Assembly (NCBI RefSeq): GCF_009914755.1
Contig: NC_060926.1
DNA length: 64,000 nucleotides
Reading direction: 5' to 3' (one strand)
Source: the human T2T-CHM13v2.0 reference genome, Homo sapiens
Of this stretch, positions 37,996 to 49,420 are shown one piece after another. Every line of letters begins with the position of its first letter. Position 1 is the first letter of the stretch. Position numbers and translations under genes: made by a program. The notes beneath the pieces are model-generated. The model worked only from the letters and a program-made list of their open reading frames with translations. It searched no databases and was not told the DNA's origin.

Positions 37996-38437
37996 GGGGC
38001 AGTCCAGCTCTACAGCAGGTCTGGTCCCTCCAATCCATGTCCTTAGCCCCAATCCTCACAGAGACTCATGCTGGCCCACAGACAGCAAACACGGATGGAG
38101 AGAAGGCAGTGTCCAGGCCCCGTGTCAATGGCTGGAGTGTGCTAATTCACAAAAAGCTTCAGCCCATCCCTTCTCTAAGCGCCTAATCTCTACCAGTGGA
38201 GCAAAAAGTTTAAAAAACAGCCTATCTTCTCCCCAACTCAACTCCCAGCCAAAGCTCAGGCCTCAAGGAAGGGGACCCCATTCCACACTACACCTCTGGG
38301 GGAAAGGGAAGGGTGGCTCCTGCTTTAGCTCTTATGGAACTGCTGTGTGACTTTGGCCAAGTCACTGCCCCCTCTCTGATGCTTAGTTTCTCCCTTGGTG
38401 GCGGCTGAGGCTGAATGAAGGCAGCAACACGTCATGT

Positions 38438-38804
38438 TGTATTAGCCCATTCTCATGCTGCCATAAAGACATACCCCAGACTGGGTAATTTATACAGGAA
38501 AGAGGTTTAATTGACTCACAGTTCTACAGGGCTGGGGAGGCCTCAGGAAATTTACAATCATGGCAGAAGGGGAAGCAAACATGTCCTTCTTCACATGGTG
38601 GCAGGAAGGAGAAGTGCTGAGCAAAACGGGAAAAAGCCCTTTATGAAACCATTAGATCTCGTGAGAACTCACTCACTATCATGAGGACAACATGGGGGAA
38701 ACCGCCCCCATGACCCAATCACCTCCTACCAGGTCCCTCCCTTGACAGGTGGGGATTACAATTTGAGATGAGATTTGGGTGGGAACACGGAGCCAAACCA
38801 TACA
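38438..38804 (-). mobile_element. THE1C/D-type MaLR solo LTR
   Basis: 'tgtattagcccattctcatgctgccataaagacatacc...gaaagaggtttaattgactcacagttc...gagatgagatttgggtgggaacacggagccaaaccataca'. Confidence 0.9.
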
Positions 38805-39589
38805 GATGCAGATAGTATTGGAAACACAGTGGCCTCTGGGAAGCCCTGTCCTAGGTCCCTGGTGAGCCATGGGGGCGGGTCAGGCCTGGTCCTGTCACCC
38901 ACAGGTGACCGAGCCAGTGAAGTGAAGAGCCCAGGGTGCAGAGTGAAGGCCAGAAACAGTCTGGGAAGCTGTCATCGGCTCTTGCTTCATCGGTGTGGGC
39001 CTTTCCTGGCAAGCAGGAAACTGGAAGGATGATATTCATCTCTAGTAAAAGGCTCATTTGCATGTGTGGCAGAGGCGGTGGGGTGAGGGGGCTGGGGGGC
39101 CCACTGTCTTGCCAGTGCACACCTAGGGCCACCCCTCTGCTGAGCCTTCTCTGGAGTCTTGGGAGTGGGCATGCCAGGTTGTGGCACCCACTTTACCGAT
39201 GAGGAGACTGAGGCTGGTTGGGGGATGACTCCATTGTGAGGGGTGAAACTGGCCCCCCATGGGTAGCCGCAGTCTGCCAGGGCCTCCCCCAGGATCCCCA
39301 GCCACCTCCCCTATGCAGGAGCATGCAGAGGCTGGGGTCAGGTTTGGCTTGCCCTGGAGCACAGGAAATGCCCCATTTACACATGGACCGGAGGCCAGTG
39401 TCTTTCGCACCAGGATCCCGGCCTCCAGGCTCAGAACTTGAATATCTGGGCCATGCTCTCCAGGAGTCTCTCTGAGAACCAGGCCAAAGTAGCTGCTTAT
39501 GGTCTAGGATACACCTAAAATAGGAGTGGGGGCGGCCTGAGAGGTGAATTTCCCTGGGCTGGTGCATGGGCTGGGCTTGTCCTGGAGCC

Positions 39590-39870
39590 TCCAGTGCCGG
39601 CACTCATACAGGGCCCCCTGCCGGGGCCAGGAGAAAGCCGTTGCTGTGTGTAGCCTGGAGAGTGCGTCGTCACGTGACAGATGCTTGTAGCCACCCGGGA
39701 CCTGCGAAAAGCCTGCAGCTGGTGATGCTCCCCTCCCACCAAGGGGTGCAGAGCTGGAGGATTGCTCATAAATTGTTCCTGCCCTGTCCAATAAATAAAA
39801 TATGCCTTCTGGGGCGCAGTAGCGGGGCGCAGCAGCGGGGCGCAGTAGCGGTGGAATTACAATGCGGAGC
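39590..39870. promoter_or_regulatory. CpG-enriched candidate enhancer/insulator
   Basis: CTCF-like gccccctgccgg at 39613-39624; palindrome GTCACGTGAC at 39669-39678; ctcataaa and ccaataaa near 39765-39795; 13-bp GGGGCGCAGYAGC x3 at 39811-39849. Confidence 0.4.
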
Positions 39871-41008
39871 CTGAGCCTCGCTCCCTCCAGCTGCACAGTT
39901 CGAGCTGCAGGCAGCCGGCACGGGTGGGGGTTCTGGAGGCCTTGCAGGTCCACCCACCCCAGCAAGGCCCTGAAGACAGCTGCTCCTGTGGGTGAACACC
40001 AAGACCCCTGGGCACTCAGCATCGAGTCTGGGCCCTGCTTGCCAACTGCCTCTTTAATGCCAGTGCTGCCTTGCAGTGACAGCCAGCTCCCAACTGGGAG
40101 CAGACGGCTTCCATGGAACCCACCGACTCTGCCGAGGCCAGCAGCGTGGGTCGACTCTAGAGAGAAGCAAAAGGCTGGCCAGCACAGCCTCTGGATTGCC
40201 TTCTGACCTCAGGGGCACTGTCGGCAGGGACGGGCCGGGGGCAGGGCCCCTCTGGGCTGGTGGCCAAGTGTGACCAGGCAGCATGGGGCAGGATGGCTGA
40301 GCCTGGGTGGGTCGCGTCATGGGAGCTGTGCAGGCGAGGACTTCTCTCGGAGAATGAGGACTGGGAGGGTTCTCTGGGCATCCCTGATGCTATGGTCCTG
40401 GGACCATCACTCCAGGTTCACCCTAGAATTTGCCTTGGAGATGCAAGAGGATGTCTGCAGGCACAGACCGGCAGGAGGAGCCTGGCTCCCCTCTCTGAAG
40501 ATGCCAGTGCATGAACAGAGGGACCAGGAGCACCCCTGCGGGTCCCAGAGCCCGGAGCTGGCTCCAAGGAGGAGACTCCAGAGGGGCCAGCCCTGGTGGG
40601 CAGCGGGCTGTGGTCTCTGCCCGTGGTCTGTCACCTGGGTCCCCACTGGGCAGTGCAGCGAGGAGGCCGCAGCCCAGACCACTGGGAGAGCCTGGAGTCC
40701 CGGCTGCCCCTGGGCCTGAGCCCTGCTCTCTCCACCCCGGGCTGCGTCTCCTTGGTGAGGTCGCGTGGAGGCAGTGATGTCTGTCGGTACCCCAAGGCCT
40801 GTGTGGAGGCAGCAAAGTGTCTGGGGGACGGACTGGTTTCCCGGCTTTGCTCAAGCTCCGATGCCCACGGGAGGAGGGTAGGAGGCAGTCGCTGGTCTCG
40901 GTAGGACACGGGATGCCACGCATGGCTGGTTGGCCAATCTGTGTTTGGGTCAACGCGCCCCTGTGTGCTCGGACCTGGAACTGCACCTTTGTCGGGCACC
41001 CTGAGATA

Positions 41009-41132
41009 GGAAGGGCTCACACCCTGACAGGTGCGATCAGTCAGGGCAGGGAGGCGGGCAGCAGGACTGGCCACTGGCCCCGATAGGTGCTGGTGAGCTG
41101 GGCAGACACTCGGGGTCTTCCTCCCACCCTCC
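41009..41132 (+). repeat. 124-bp dispersed direct repeat, copy 2
   Basis: Aligns ungapped to 36161-36284. Confidence 0.93.
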
Positions 41133-41139
41133 ACCCTGA

Positions 41140-41600
41140 GGACAAGGCAGGACCCCCAGGAGCCCCCAACCCAACGCCCCCCAACCCAGCGCCTCGCTTC
41201 TTCCCTCTCCCCTCCGGCCTCCGGAATGTGGCGCCCAGCGACACAGACAAGCCCATCCTCAAAAGCACCGGGTCTTTCAAGGCAGGAGCTCTGACGTCAT
41301 CGGAGTCACGTGAACCTGGTTCCTTCACAGGTTCTGAAAAATGGACGCAACAAAACTAGCGGTGGAAAAAGCCTTTGACTCCCGCCCTCAAATTCTTGCC
41401 AGTGAAATACCCGGAAAAGGAGACATGGCTTTTCCCTTGCAGGCAAGTCAGGCTCCTGAGTGCTTCTCTCCAGGTCGCAGCAGGGCACGGGGGGCAGGGA
41501 GTGGAGCCCGGCACTTCCACAGAGCTGCAGGCCCCGGGGCCCCGCTGCCGCCACCACACAACGACCCCAGGACTCATCACCCCTCCCCGTACCAATGCCC
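41140..41600. promoter_or_regulatory. CpG-enriched candidate promoter/enhancer with full CRE and E-box
   Basis: TGACGTCA at 41292-41299; GTCACGTGA at 41305-41313; GGAATG (TEAD-type) at 41223; ctcccgccc near 41379; many retained CpGs. Confidence 0.5.
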
Positions 41601-41677
41601 AGCCCATCCCACCTCTGTCAGCCACAGCATGCAGGAGGCTGCAATCCCCTCTTCCTGCCGCACCCCAACCCCAAACC

Positions 41678-42992
41678 CCAGCCCCAGCCCCAGCCCAGCC
41701 CAGCCCCAGCCCAGCCCCAGCCCAGCCCCAGCCCAGCCCCGGCCCCATCCCCAGCCCAGCCTAGCCCCGGCCTAGCCCCGGCATAGCCCCGGCCCAGCCC
41801 CGGCCCAGCCCCAGCCCAGCCCCAGCCCAGCCCCAGCCACAGCCCCGGCCCCATCCCCAGCCCAGCCTAGCCCCGGCCCAGCCCCAGCCCAGCCCCAGCC
41901 CAGCCCAGCCCAGCCCCAGCCCAGCCCCAGCCACAGCCCCGGCCCCGTCCCCAGCCCAGCCTAGCCCCGGCCCAGCCCCAGCCCAGCCCCAGCCCCAGCC
42001 CAGCCTATCCCCAGCCCAGCCCCGGCCCCATCCCCAGCCCAGCCCCGGCCCCATCCCCAGCCCAGCCCCGGCCCCATCCCCAGCCCAGCCTATCCCCAGC
42101 CCAGCCCCGGCCCCATCCCCAGCCCAGCCTATCCCCAGCCCAGCCCCGGCCCCATCCCCAGCCCAGCCCCGGCCCCATCCCCAGCCCAGCCCCAGCCCAG
42201 CCCCAGCCCAGCCCCGGCCCCAGCCCCAGCCCAGCCCCGGCCCCAGCCCCAGCCCAGCCCCGGCCCCAGCCCCAGCCCAGCCCCGGCCCCAGCCCCAGCC
42301 CAGCCTATCCCCAGCCCAGCCCCGGCCCCATCCCCAGCCCAGCCTATCCCCAGCCCAGCCCCGGCCCCATCCCCAGCCCAGCCCCAGCCCCATCCCCAGC
42401 CCAGCCAAGCCCCGGCCCCATCCCCAGCCCAGCCTATCCCCAGCCCAGCCCCGGCCCCATCCCCAGCCCAGCCCCGGCCCCATCCCCAGCCCAGCCCCGG
42501 CCCCATCCCCAGCCCAGCCCCGGCCCCAGCCCCAGCCCAGCCCCGGCCCCAGCCCCAGCCCAGCCCCGGCCCCAGCCCCACCCCAGCCCTGGCCCCAGCC
42601 CCAGCCCAGCCTATCCCCAGCCCAGCCCCGGCCCCATCCCCAGCCCAGCCTATCCCCAGCCCAGCCCCGGCCCCAGCCCCAGCCCAGCCCCAGCCCCATC
42701 CCCAGCCCAGCCAAGCCCCGGCCCCATCCCCAGCCCAGCCTATCCCCAGCCCAGCCTATCCCCAGCCCAGCCCCGGCCCCAGCCCCAGCCCCGGCCCCAG
42801 CCCCGGCCCCGGCCCCAGCCCCGGCCCCATCCCCGGCCCCGGCCCCATCCCCGGCCCCGGCCCCGGCCCCGGCCCCGGCCCCATCCCCAGCCCAGCCCCA
42901 GCCCCATCCCCAGCCCAGCCCCGGCCCAGCCCCAGCCCAGCCCCAGCCACAGCCCAGCCCCGGCCCCAGCCCCGGCCCAGGCCCAGCCCCAT
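41678..42992. repeat. Mixed CCCAG/CCCCAG/CCCCGG/CCCCAT array (GGGCT/GGGGCT/GGGGCC on minus strand)
   Basis: About 1.3 kb of penta- and hexamer units. (CCCCGG)5 at 42849-42878; rare variant agccaagc repeated at 42403 and 42709. Confidence 0.98.
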
Positions 42993-43054
42993 CCCTGCCA
43001 GCAAGAAAGTTCTGCCCTTCCTCCCTGCGGCCACTGTTGAACAAGGACGCGCAA

Positions 43055-43710
43055 GTGAATGCACACACGCTCACACATTCACACATGCCCACACACACTC
43101 GGGCACAGACACACACATGTGCATGTGCACACTCAGACACACACACAGGCACACGTATATACTTATATACACTCAGCCACACACGCACACAGACATATAC
43201 ACTCACACCCACACTTACACATATTTGTATACACTCACACCCACACTCACACACACACATGTATATACTCACCCACACTCGCACACATACTTGTATACAC
43301 TCCTACACACAGTTGCATGTGCACACTCGGACACGCTCACATACACTCTGACACACACACTCACAGCCACACACGCTTATATACACATACATCCACACAC
43401 TCTTATATACACTCACACTTATATACACTCACATCCACACTCACACACATTTACATGTACGTGCACACACGCACACCCACTCACACATACACTCATGCGC
43501 ACACACTCTTGCACAAACACACAGACAACCCACTCTGGTGCACATAAACCCACACACTCATATGCACGCATTCAATCACTCACATACTCCACACACCCCA
43601 CTCAGATACACACACACTCACATATGCTTCACACATACACCCTCACACACGCACTCAAACACTTACACACGTAAATACATTCACACACAAATATACACAT
43701 ACACCCTCAC
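43055..43710. repeat. Degenerate (CA)n tract, about 650 bp
   Basis: Alternating CA/TA/CG dinucleotides. Confidence 0.95.
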
Positions 43711-44349
43711 ATCTAAGAACAGCCAATTTCAGGAACAGTGTCAATTACATCCATATTTAGAATAAATTTCCTAAAGAAAACATAACATAAATGCAATTCT
43801 ACCACTAGGAAGATGGCTGTTTACCTCATTACACGAAGCAATTTAGCTCCTTGTAGACTAAAACTTTTCTGTTGCAGAATATAATATTGTTAGACCCGTT
43901 AAAGTTATTTCCTAAAACAAAGAACCATATGCCACCAAAGGTGACCTTAAGATGCCACTTCCTGAAGGTCAGAAGGACTCCCTGCGGCATCACAATTTGT
44001 AGCTGCCAAGTTTTGAGCAACCTCAGGTCTGGCCTCCGCTGTGGGCTGGCGTGCTGGGTCTGACTCCCTCCCACCGCAGGGACCTCCGAGGGCGAGGACC
44101 GAATCTCAGCATGTTGTGTCTGCAGCCAAGTGCTAGGCCTGTCACATGGGAAATGCTCTTGGATATTTGTAGAGCAAATGAATTTTATAATTTTCACAAC
44201 TGTTCTAGCTGAAAGCTCAGTAACTAAGGGTCAAGGAAACTAAAGGACAAAGAGATGAAATGATTTCCAAACAAGAGTGTTAGAAGAGATCATTAAGATA
44301 TTCTCTATTATCAAAAATGACTGTCTTATAAAACTAAACTCTCCCCTAC

Positions 44350-45370
44350 TTTATAATACGGGAATTCCACCAAAAGACCTGGGCAAGAATGTTCTAGAAG
44401 CTGTGTTCATAAAAACCAAACACTAAACATAGTCCAGATACTCCTCCACAGACAGAGGAAGGTGAACATCCTATGGAATACCCATACAACAGGATACTGC
44501 TCAGCAACAGAAAGGAACAGATTGCCGACATGCAAAAAAGTGCGTGAATCTCAAAACCATTGTGCCCACTTAAGGAAGCCTCACATCGGAGGGTGCACAC
44601 TGTATGATCCTGTCATGGGAAGCTCTAGAATAGGTACAGCTAATCTACAATGAATGCAAGCAGAACAGTGTTTGCCTCCGGGGGTCTGGTTTGACCAGGA
44701 AGGGGTCTGAGAGAACGTTCTAGAGTGGTGGCAGGTGCTGTGTCTTTAGAGGGGTTTGGATTATGTGGGCACATGGATTGGTTGAAACTCATCGGATGAC
44801 TAACTTATGGATAGCAGTGAAGACAGGGTTCAGAGAAAAACTTACAGCTGTCCATGTTCTATGCTGAAAAAGAAGAAAGGTCTCAAATCAATATCCTAAC
44901 TGTACACCTTCAGGAGATAGAGAAAAGTAAACTCAACAAGAGCTTAGCAAAAGGAAGGGGATAATGAAGTGCAGTAGAGAGAAGCAAAGCTGTAGAGAAT
45001 AAAGCTAAAATTGGTTCTCTGAAAAGATCAAGAAAATTGACAAACCTCTAGCTGGGCTGATGAAGAAAGAAGGAAATCTATTCATCTCATTGAATGCAGA
45101 ACTTGCAGAAAGGCCCATCACCAACTGTTGAGCTCTAGTTAATTATGCAAAAATACTTGGGGAGAAAGGCACTGATGTCTCCTACTTACTTTGAATGCGT
45201 AAAGTAAAAGATGTATTGATGAAAGGCTAGAGACACAGACAGATGGAGTGATCAGTGATGCCCAAGGGGAGAAAGACATGAAGAGACCAGGCGATGGGCT
45301 AGGGATGTTCATTGCAAAATGCTTTCACTTTTTCTGTCTATTTGAACACTTCCACCATAGAATGTCTGAA
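44350..45370 (+). mobile_element. Ancient L1ME/L1M fragments (3' end and ORF2 piece)
   Basis: 'caaaagacctgggcaagaatgttctagaagc', 'ggatactgctcagcaacagaaaggaac', 'agaagaaaggtctcaaatcaata' and 'gaaaagatcaagaaaattgacaaacctctagc'. Confidence 0.7.
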
Positions 45371-46726
45371 GCGGTGACTGTCAATAGATCACACCACCCA
45401 CAGCACCTTCACAGCTCTCCAAGGTGCTTTCTGCAATCCAAGAACTGACTTGTGCGGATCTGCACATTCGACACTCACATTTGTGCGTCTACACTGTGGA
45501 CAAGGCACTGGTCTAGGTGTTGAGCTATGTCAGGAAAGAAAACACAGCCTCCGTGCCATGCAGTGGGGAGAGAGCCCAGGAGTGAGCAATCAAGTAATGT
45601 AGCAGCTTGCCTGGTGGGTGCTGTAGAGAAATAGGATGGCTGTTTAGACATCTCAAAGGAGGAGGAGGCTGGTGGACACGTGCTCAGAGCCCTTCCAGGA
45701 GGCGTCTTGGGGGTCTCTCCCTATGCTGTAGTGGATGTGGCTGTTACAGAGGAATGACCCCAATTTGGCACTCCAGAAGATAGTAGCATTGTTATGACTG
45801 TGGCTGGGAGCGGGGTGCACAAGGAATGTTTCAGGAGCTTTGCTGGAAGACCTGAGGTCTGGTTTTCTCAGTGATGTGGGTGGGCTGTGGGTAGGATGCT
45901 GGGGAGGCACACGACCTCTGGCATCTTAGACTTTACTTAGAATCCATGCCCTGGCACTTGCAGGTGAAAGTGGAAGCTGCAGGCCTACTTCAGAGCATGA
46001 GGGACAGCCGGGTGGCCGCCTTCATAACAATGTTCCTTCAAAAATCACTGCTTTTCAAAGGAAATGAATTCCACAGAGCCATCTGTCTGACACATGAGGG
46101 AAGCGGGCCCTTGGAAATGAAGATGTTCTAAAACCCATGTATGGTGACAGGTGCCACTCGGTAAAGTTACTAAAAATAACACACATGCGCATGCACACAC
46201 ACGCACCTGGAACTGCCTGGGTTCTAATCTGACCTCTTCCACTTTCATAGAATCTCAGTTTCATCAGTTTTATACATGGGAAAGATTTGCCCACAGACAG
46301 AGCACCAAGGTGCAGCTGGAGATCCATCCACACACATGGAGCTGGGTGGAGCCTGGACGGGGCAGAAGGTGCCCGACTCTGCCCTGGCCACTGCGTCTCA
46401 CCCAGATGAGCCCCATGGCCTTATGAGCACACATGTCCCAGCTCCAGGGGAAGGGTACTGGTATTTGGTTGGAAACCTGGGTTGTGTTTTTTCCTGGCAA
46501 TATTACCTGAGTCGCCTTGGGTCTCGGATTTGTCGTGTGCAGACATAAATGTCTCCCCAAGGGGTTCCTGCAGATGCCATGGAATCCTGCCTGGGAGGCC
46601 ACATCGCCAGCAGTGCCCTACAGCTGACCGTGGCCCTGCTGGTGGTGGGCACCTTTCAGTGTGTGTGTCCACACTGGATTCTGATAGCAGGAGGCGGGAA
46701 AATCCACATCCCGGTCATTAGCAACG

Positions 46727-46820
46727 GGGTGACCAACCATCCCAGTTTGATCAGTACTAATGGGCCCTCCTAAGATGAGGGAGATTCAGTTTTAAAACCA
46801 GGACAGTCCCAGGTACCCTA
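46727..46820. mobile_element. MER81/MER94-like hAT-Blackjack MITE fragment
   Basis: 'gggtgaccaaccatcccagtttg...ttcagttttaaaaccaggacagtcccagg'. Confidence 0.6.
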
Positions 46821-47689
46821 ATTAAGGGTGACCTTTGGACTTTGTAAGGGAGCCAGGAGCTGTGAGCAAAGGTTTCTCTCCGTGCTATGAGCACCATGGA
46901 TGGTGAAATGAAGCTCTCTGGGATGCAGATGTGGGGGCTGGGGTGTCCTCATGCCACCCCCTTTCTTGGCACTGAGGCTAGCAAACACCAGGACTGAGGA
47001 GACTGGTCCCTGCGCCCAGTACTGCCATGCCTTAGGCTGCAGAGGGCCGCTTTCTGCACCTGGACCCTCATTCTGCACGCAGCTTCTGCCCTTCTTCAGT
47101 GAGTACCCGGGGAGAAGCCCCTCACCCGGTGGCCTCGCTAAGGCCTCTCTGCTCCCTGAACGCCGGTCCCGGACCATGACCCAGCCTCTGCCCAGCAGCC
47201 ACTCCCCTCCCCACAGCCTTTGCTCCCAGCAGACCTGCCTGCTCTCTGTGCTGCTGCTCACCACGGCCGCGTGCCATTCCCCTGCCAGGGAGCCTTGGGA
47301 CGGGACTCCCGTTAGAAGTCTGATGGCAACACGTGTCTGCCTCCCCCAGAGCAGATGAACAGAACCTCCTAGAGAGCAACTTTCAATGCCCCGACCTTCA
47401 GCAGAGGATGAAGAGCAGATCTCTCCTCCTGCTCCCGGGAGGGTGGGACGGCAAGGCCCTCCCGGTCCAATGTGACGGCAGGATTAGCCTAGTGGCTGCT
47501 GACACTCTGGGCACTGGGCTTACCTGGCCACCAAGACCTAGTGTGGAAAAAAAAAAACAAGAAAAACAGAAGAACGAGGCTTGGAAGACTGGCTGTGGGT
47601 GATGATGTGGAAGCTGGGGGTGGGCGTCGGGGAGAGTCACTTCTCTATGTGTTGTTTTTTCCTTTTCTTGCTGCTTTGGTATTAGATAA

Positions 47690-48135
47690 CATTTTATTTA
47701 GGCATATTTTATGTATCCTCAAATTCACCCCTTCCAAGTATACAGCTCAGTGATTTTTGGTAACTACCGTGGTGGAGCTGTCACCCTAAACCGGTTTGAG
47801 GACATCCCCCCCAGTCAGCCCCCTCCCTCCCGTTCTTAGCTATCCCCAACCCTACACCCAGCCCCGGCAGTCTTCAATCTACTTCTCTGCCCAAATACCT
47901 GCCTTTTCCAGACCTTTCATATATATGGAATCATAGGCTATGCAGCCCACTGGGTCCAGCCTCTTTCACCTGCGTTTCTCATGACTGGAGCCCCCACTGA
48001 TTGGCTGCAGCCCACTGGGTCTGGCCGCCCCCCAGGTGATGGGCATTTGTATGGCTCCTTGTCATGGGCTGGCATCAGTAACGCTGCGAGGAAGTCTCAG
48101 CGTGGATCTAAGTTTCCATTTCTCTTGGGTAGAAT
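47690..48135 (-). mobile_element. Old L1 3' end fragment
   Basis: 'aaattcaccccttccaagtatacagctcagtgatttttggtaa', 'tttcatatatatggaatcata' and 'tttccatttctcttgggtaga'. Confidence 0.6.
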
Positions 48136-48187
48136 CTCTACTTCTATAGTATGAAAATTTCACATGTAAAGTTCAAGAAATAGGGTT

Positions 48188-48644
48188 TGTAAACCAAAGA
48201 GTATCTGAGACAGGTCTCAATTAATTTAGAAAGTTTATTTTGCCAAGGTTAAGGGCACGCACCTGTGACACAGCCTCAGGAGGTGCTGACAGCATGCGCC
48301 CAAGGTGGTCGAGGCACAGCTTGGTTTTATACATTTTAGGGAGACATGAGGCTTCAATCAATGTATGTAAGATGTACATTGGTTTGGTCCGGAAAGGTGG
48401 GACAACTCAAAGCTGGGATGGGGCTTCCGGTCATGGGTAGATAAGAGGCAAATGGTTGCATATTTTTTTTGTTTTTGAGTTTCTGATTAGCCTCTCCAAA
48501 GGAGGCCATCAGATATGCCTTTATCTTAGTGGGCAGAGAGATGACTTTGAATAGAAGGGGTTTGCCCTAAGTTCTCAGTTCTCAGCTTGACTTTTCCCTT
48601 TGGCTTAGTGATTTGGGGATCCTGGGATGTATTTTCCTCTCACA
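48188..48644 (-). mobile_element. MER4A-type ERV1 solo LTR, full length
   Basis: TG...CA termini ('tgtaaaccaaagagtatctgagacaggtctcaa' ... 'attttcctctcaca'). Exact 4-bp TSD ggtt at 48184-48187 / 48645-48648. Confidence 0.9.
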
Positions 48645-49129
48645 GGTTTGAGGAGAGAGAAGAACATGCCTCCGGAGGAAGAACGAATGTTCCTCAAACC
48701 AAATGGGGGTCAGAGGGAGAGGTGTAAAGTACCACTGAGAAGTTCCTCTGGGAGAAGTTCTTTGCAGGGTGTGTACAGAGCCCCTCTTGGAGTCACATGG
48801 AAAGAACTGATGGCAAATGAGAGCGGCATGTCTGACTCTGGCACTGGACCTTGAGATGGCATCATCCATGCACCTGGAGGCCAGGAATTCCTGCAGCGTG
48901 ATGCCAGTGGGCACAGATGGAAGGAGGCCCAGGGTGGTGACCCCAGGAACAAGAGGAAGCGGGAAATGAGCAGGTAGGCCCCCCAAGCCCCATGTGGATC
49001 TCCACGTGCTCACACATGTACCTGCTGTTTCAATCTATTCATTCTTGCCCTATGTTAAATTTCGTATTTATAGGGGATGTGGTCCACAGCCATATTTGTT
49101 TATCACTGTACCAATAACTATATTTGACC

Positions 49130-49420
49130 ACATATGGTTTTACATAATATAATACATCAATATATAAGCAAATATAAACAAGCATATATACCCACATATA
49201 TAATTTATATGTAACTATAGATATATAAAAATGTGTGTATTATATATATGAATGAGTGTACAAGATACATATATATATAATACAGATATATGCATATGCA
49301 CGGAAACAGATTCAAAGAATATAGTCATCATTTTTCTGGGAAGCAATGATCATATATAAGTTTAATGTAGTCATGTTTATCTATATACCAATATCTGTAT
49401 CTATCGCTATACAAACATAA
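49130..49420. repeat. AT-rich low-complexity (TA)n-like tract
   Basis: Runs of tatata/catata. Confidence 0.75.

Noticed and set aside
37373-38059. Repeated LFQGP, resembling the HRV-3C protease site LEVLFQ/GP used in vectors
   Set aside because: It arises from the reverse strand of a natural degenerate 30-bp VNTR, and there is no vector or tag sequence nearby.
38520-38545. PRDM9 hotspot motif in the THE1 LTR
   Set aside because: The minus strand reads CCTCCCCAGCCCT, which does not match CCNCCNTNNCCNC at positions 7 and 13.
36161-41132. LTR retroelement defined by the 124-bp direct repeats
   Set aside because: There are no TG..CA termini, TSD, primer-binding site, polypurine tract or gag/pol remnants.
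41678-42992. Immunoglobulin heavy-chain switch region
   Set aside because: It lacks the GAGCT/AGCT pentamers, and I see no Ig constant-domain exons anywhere in the window.
41761-43284. 507-aa Gly/Ala/Trp-rich ORF as a gene
   Set aside because: It is made entirely of the (TG)n tract and the GGGCT array.
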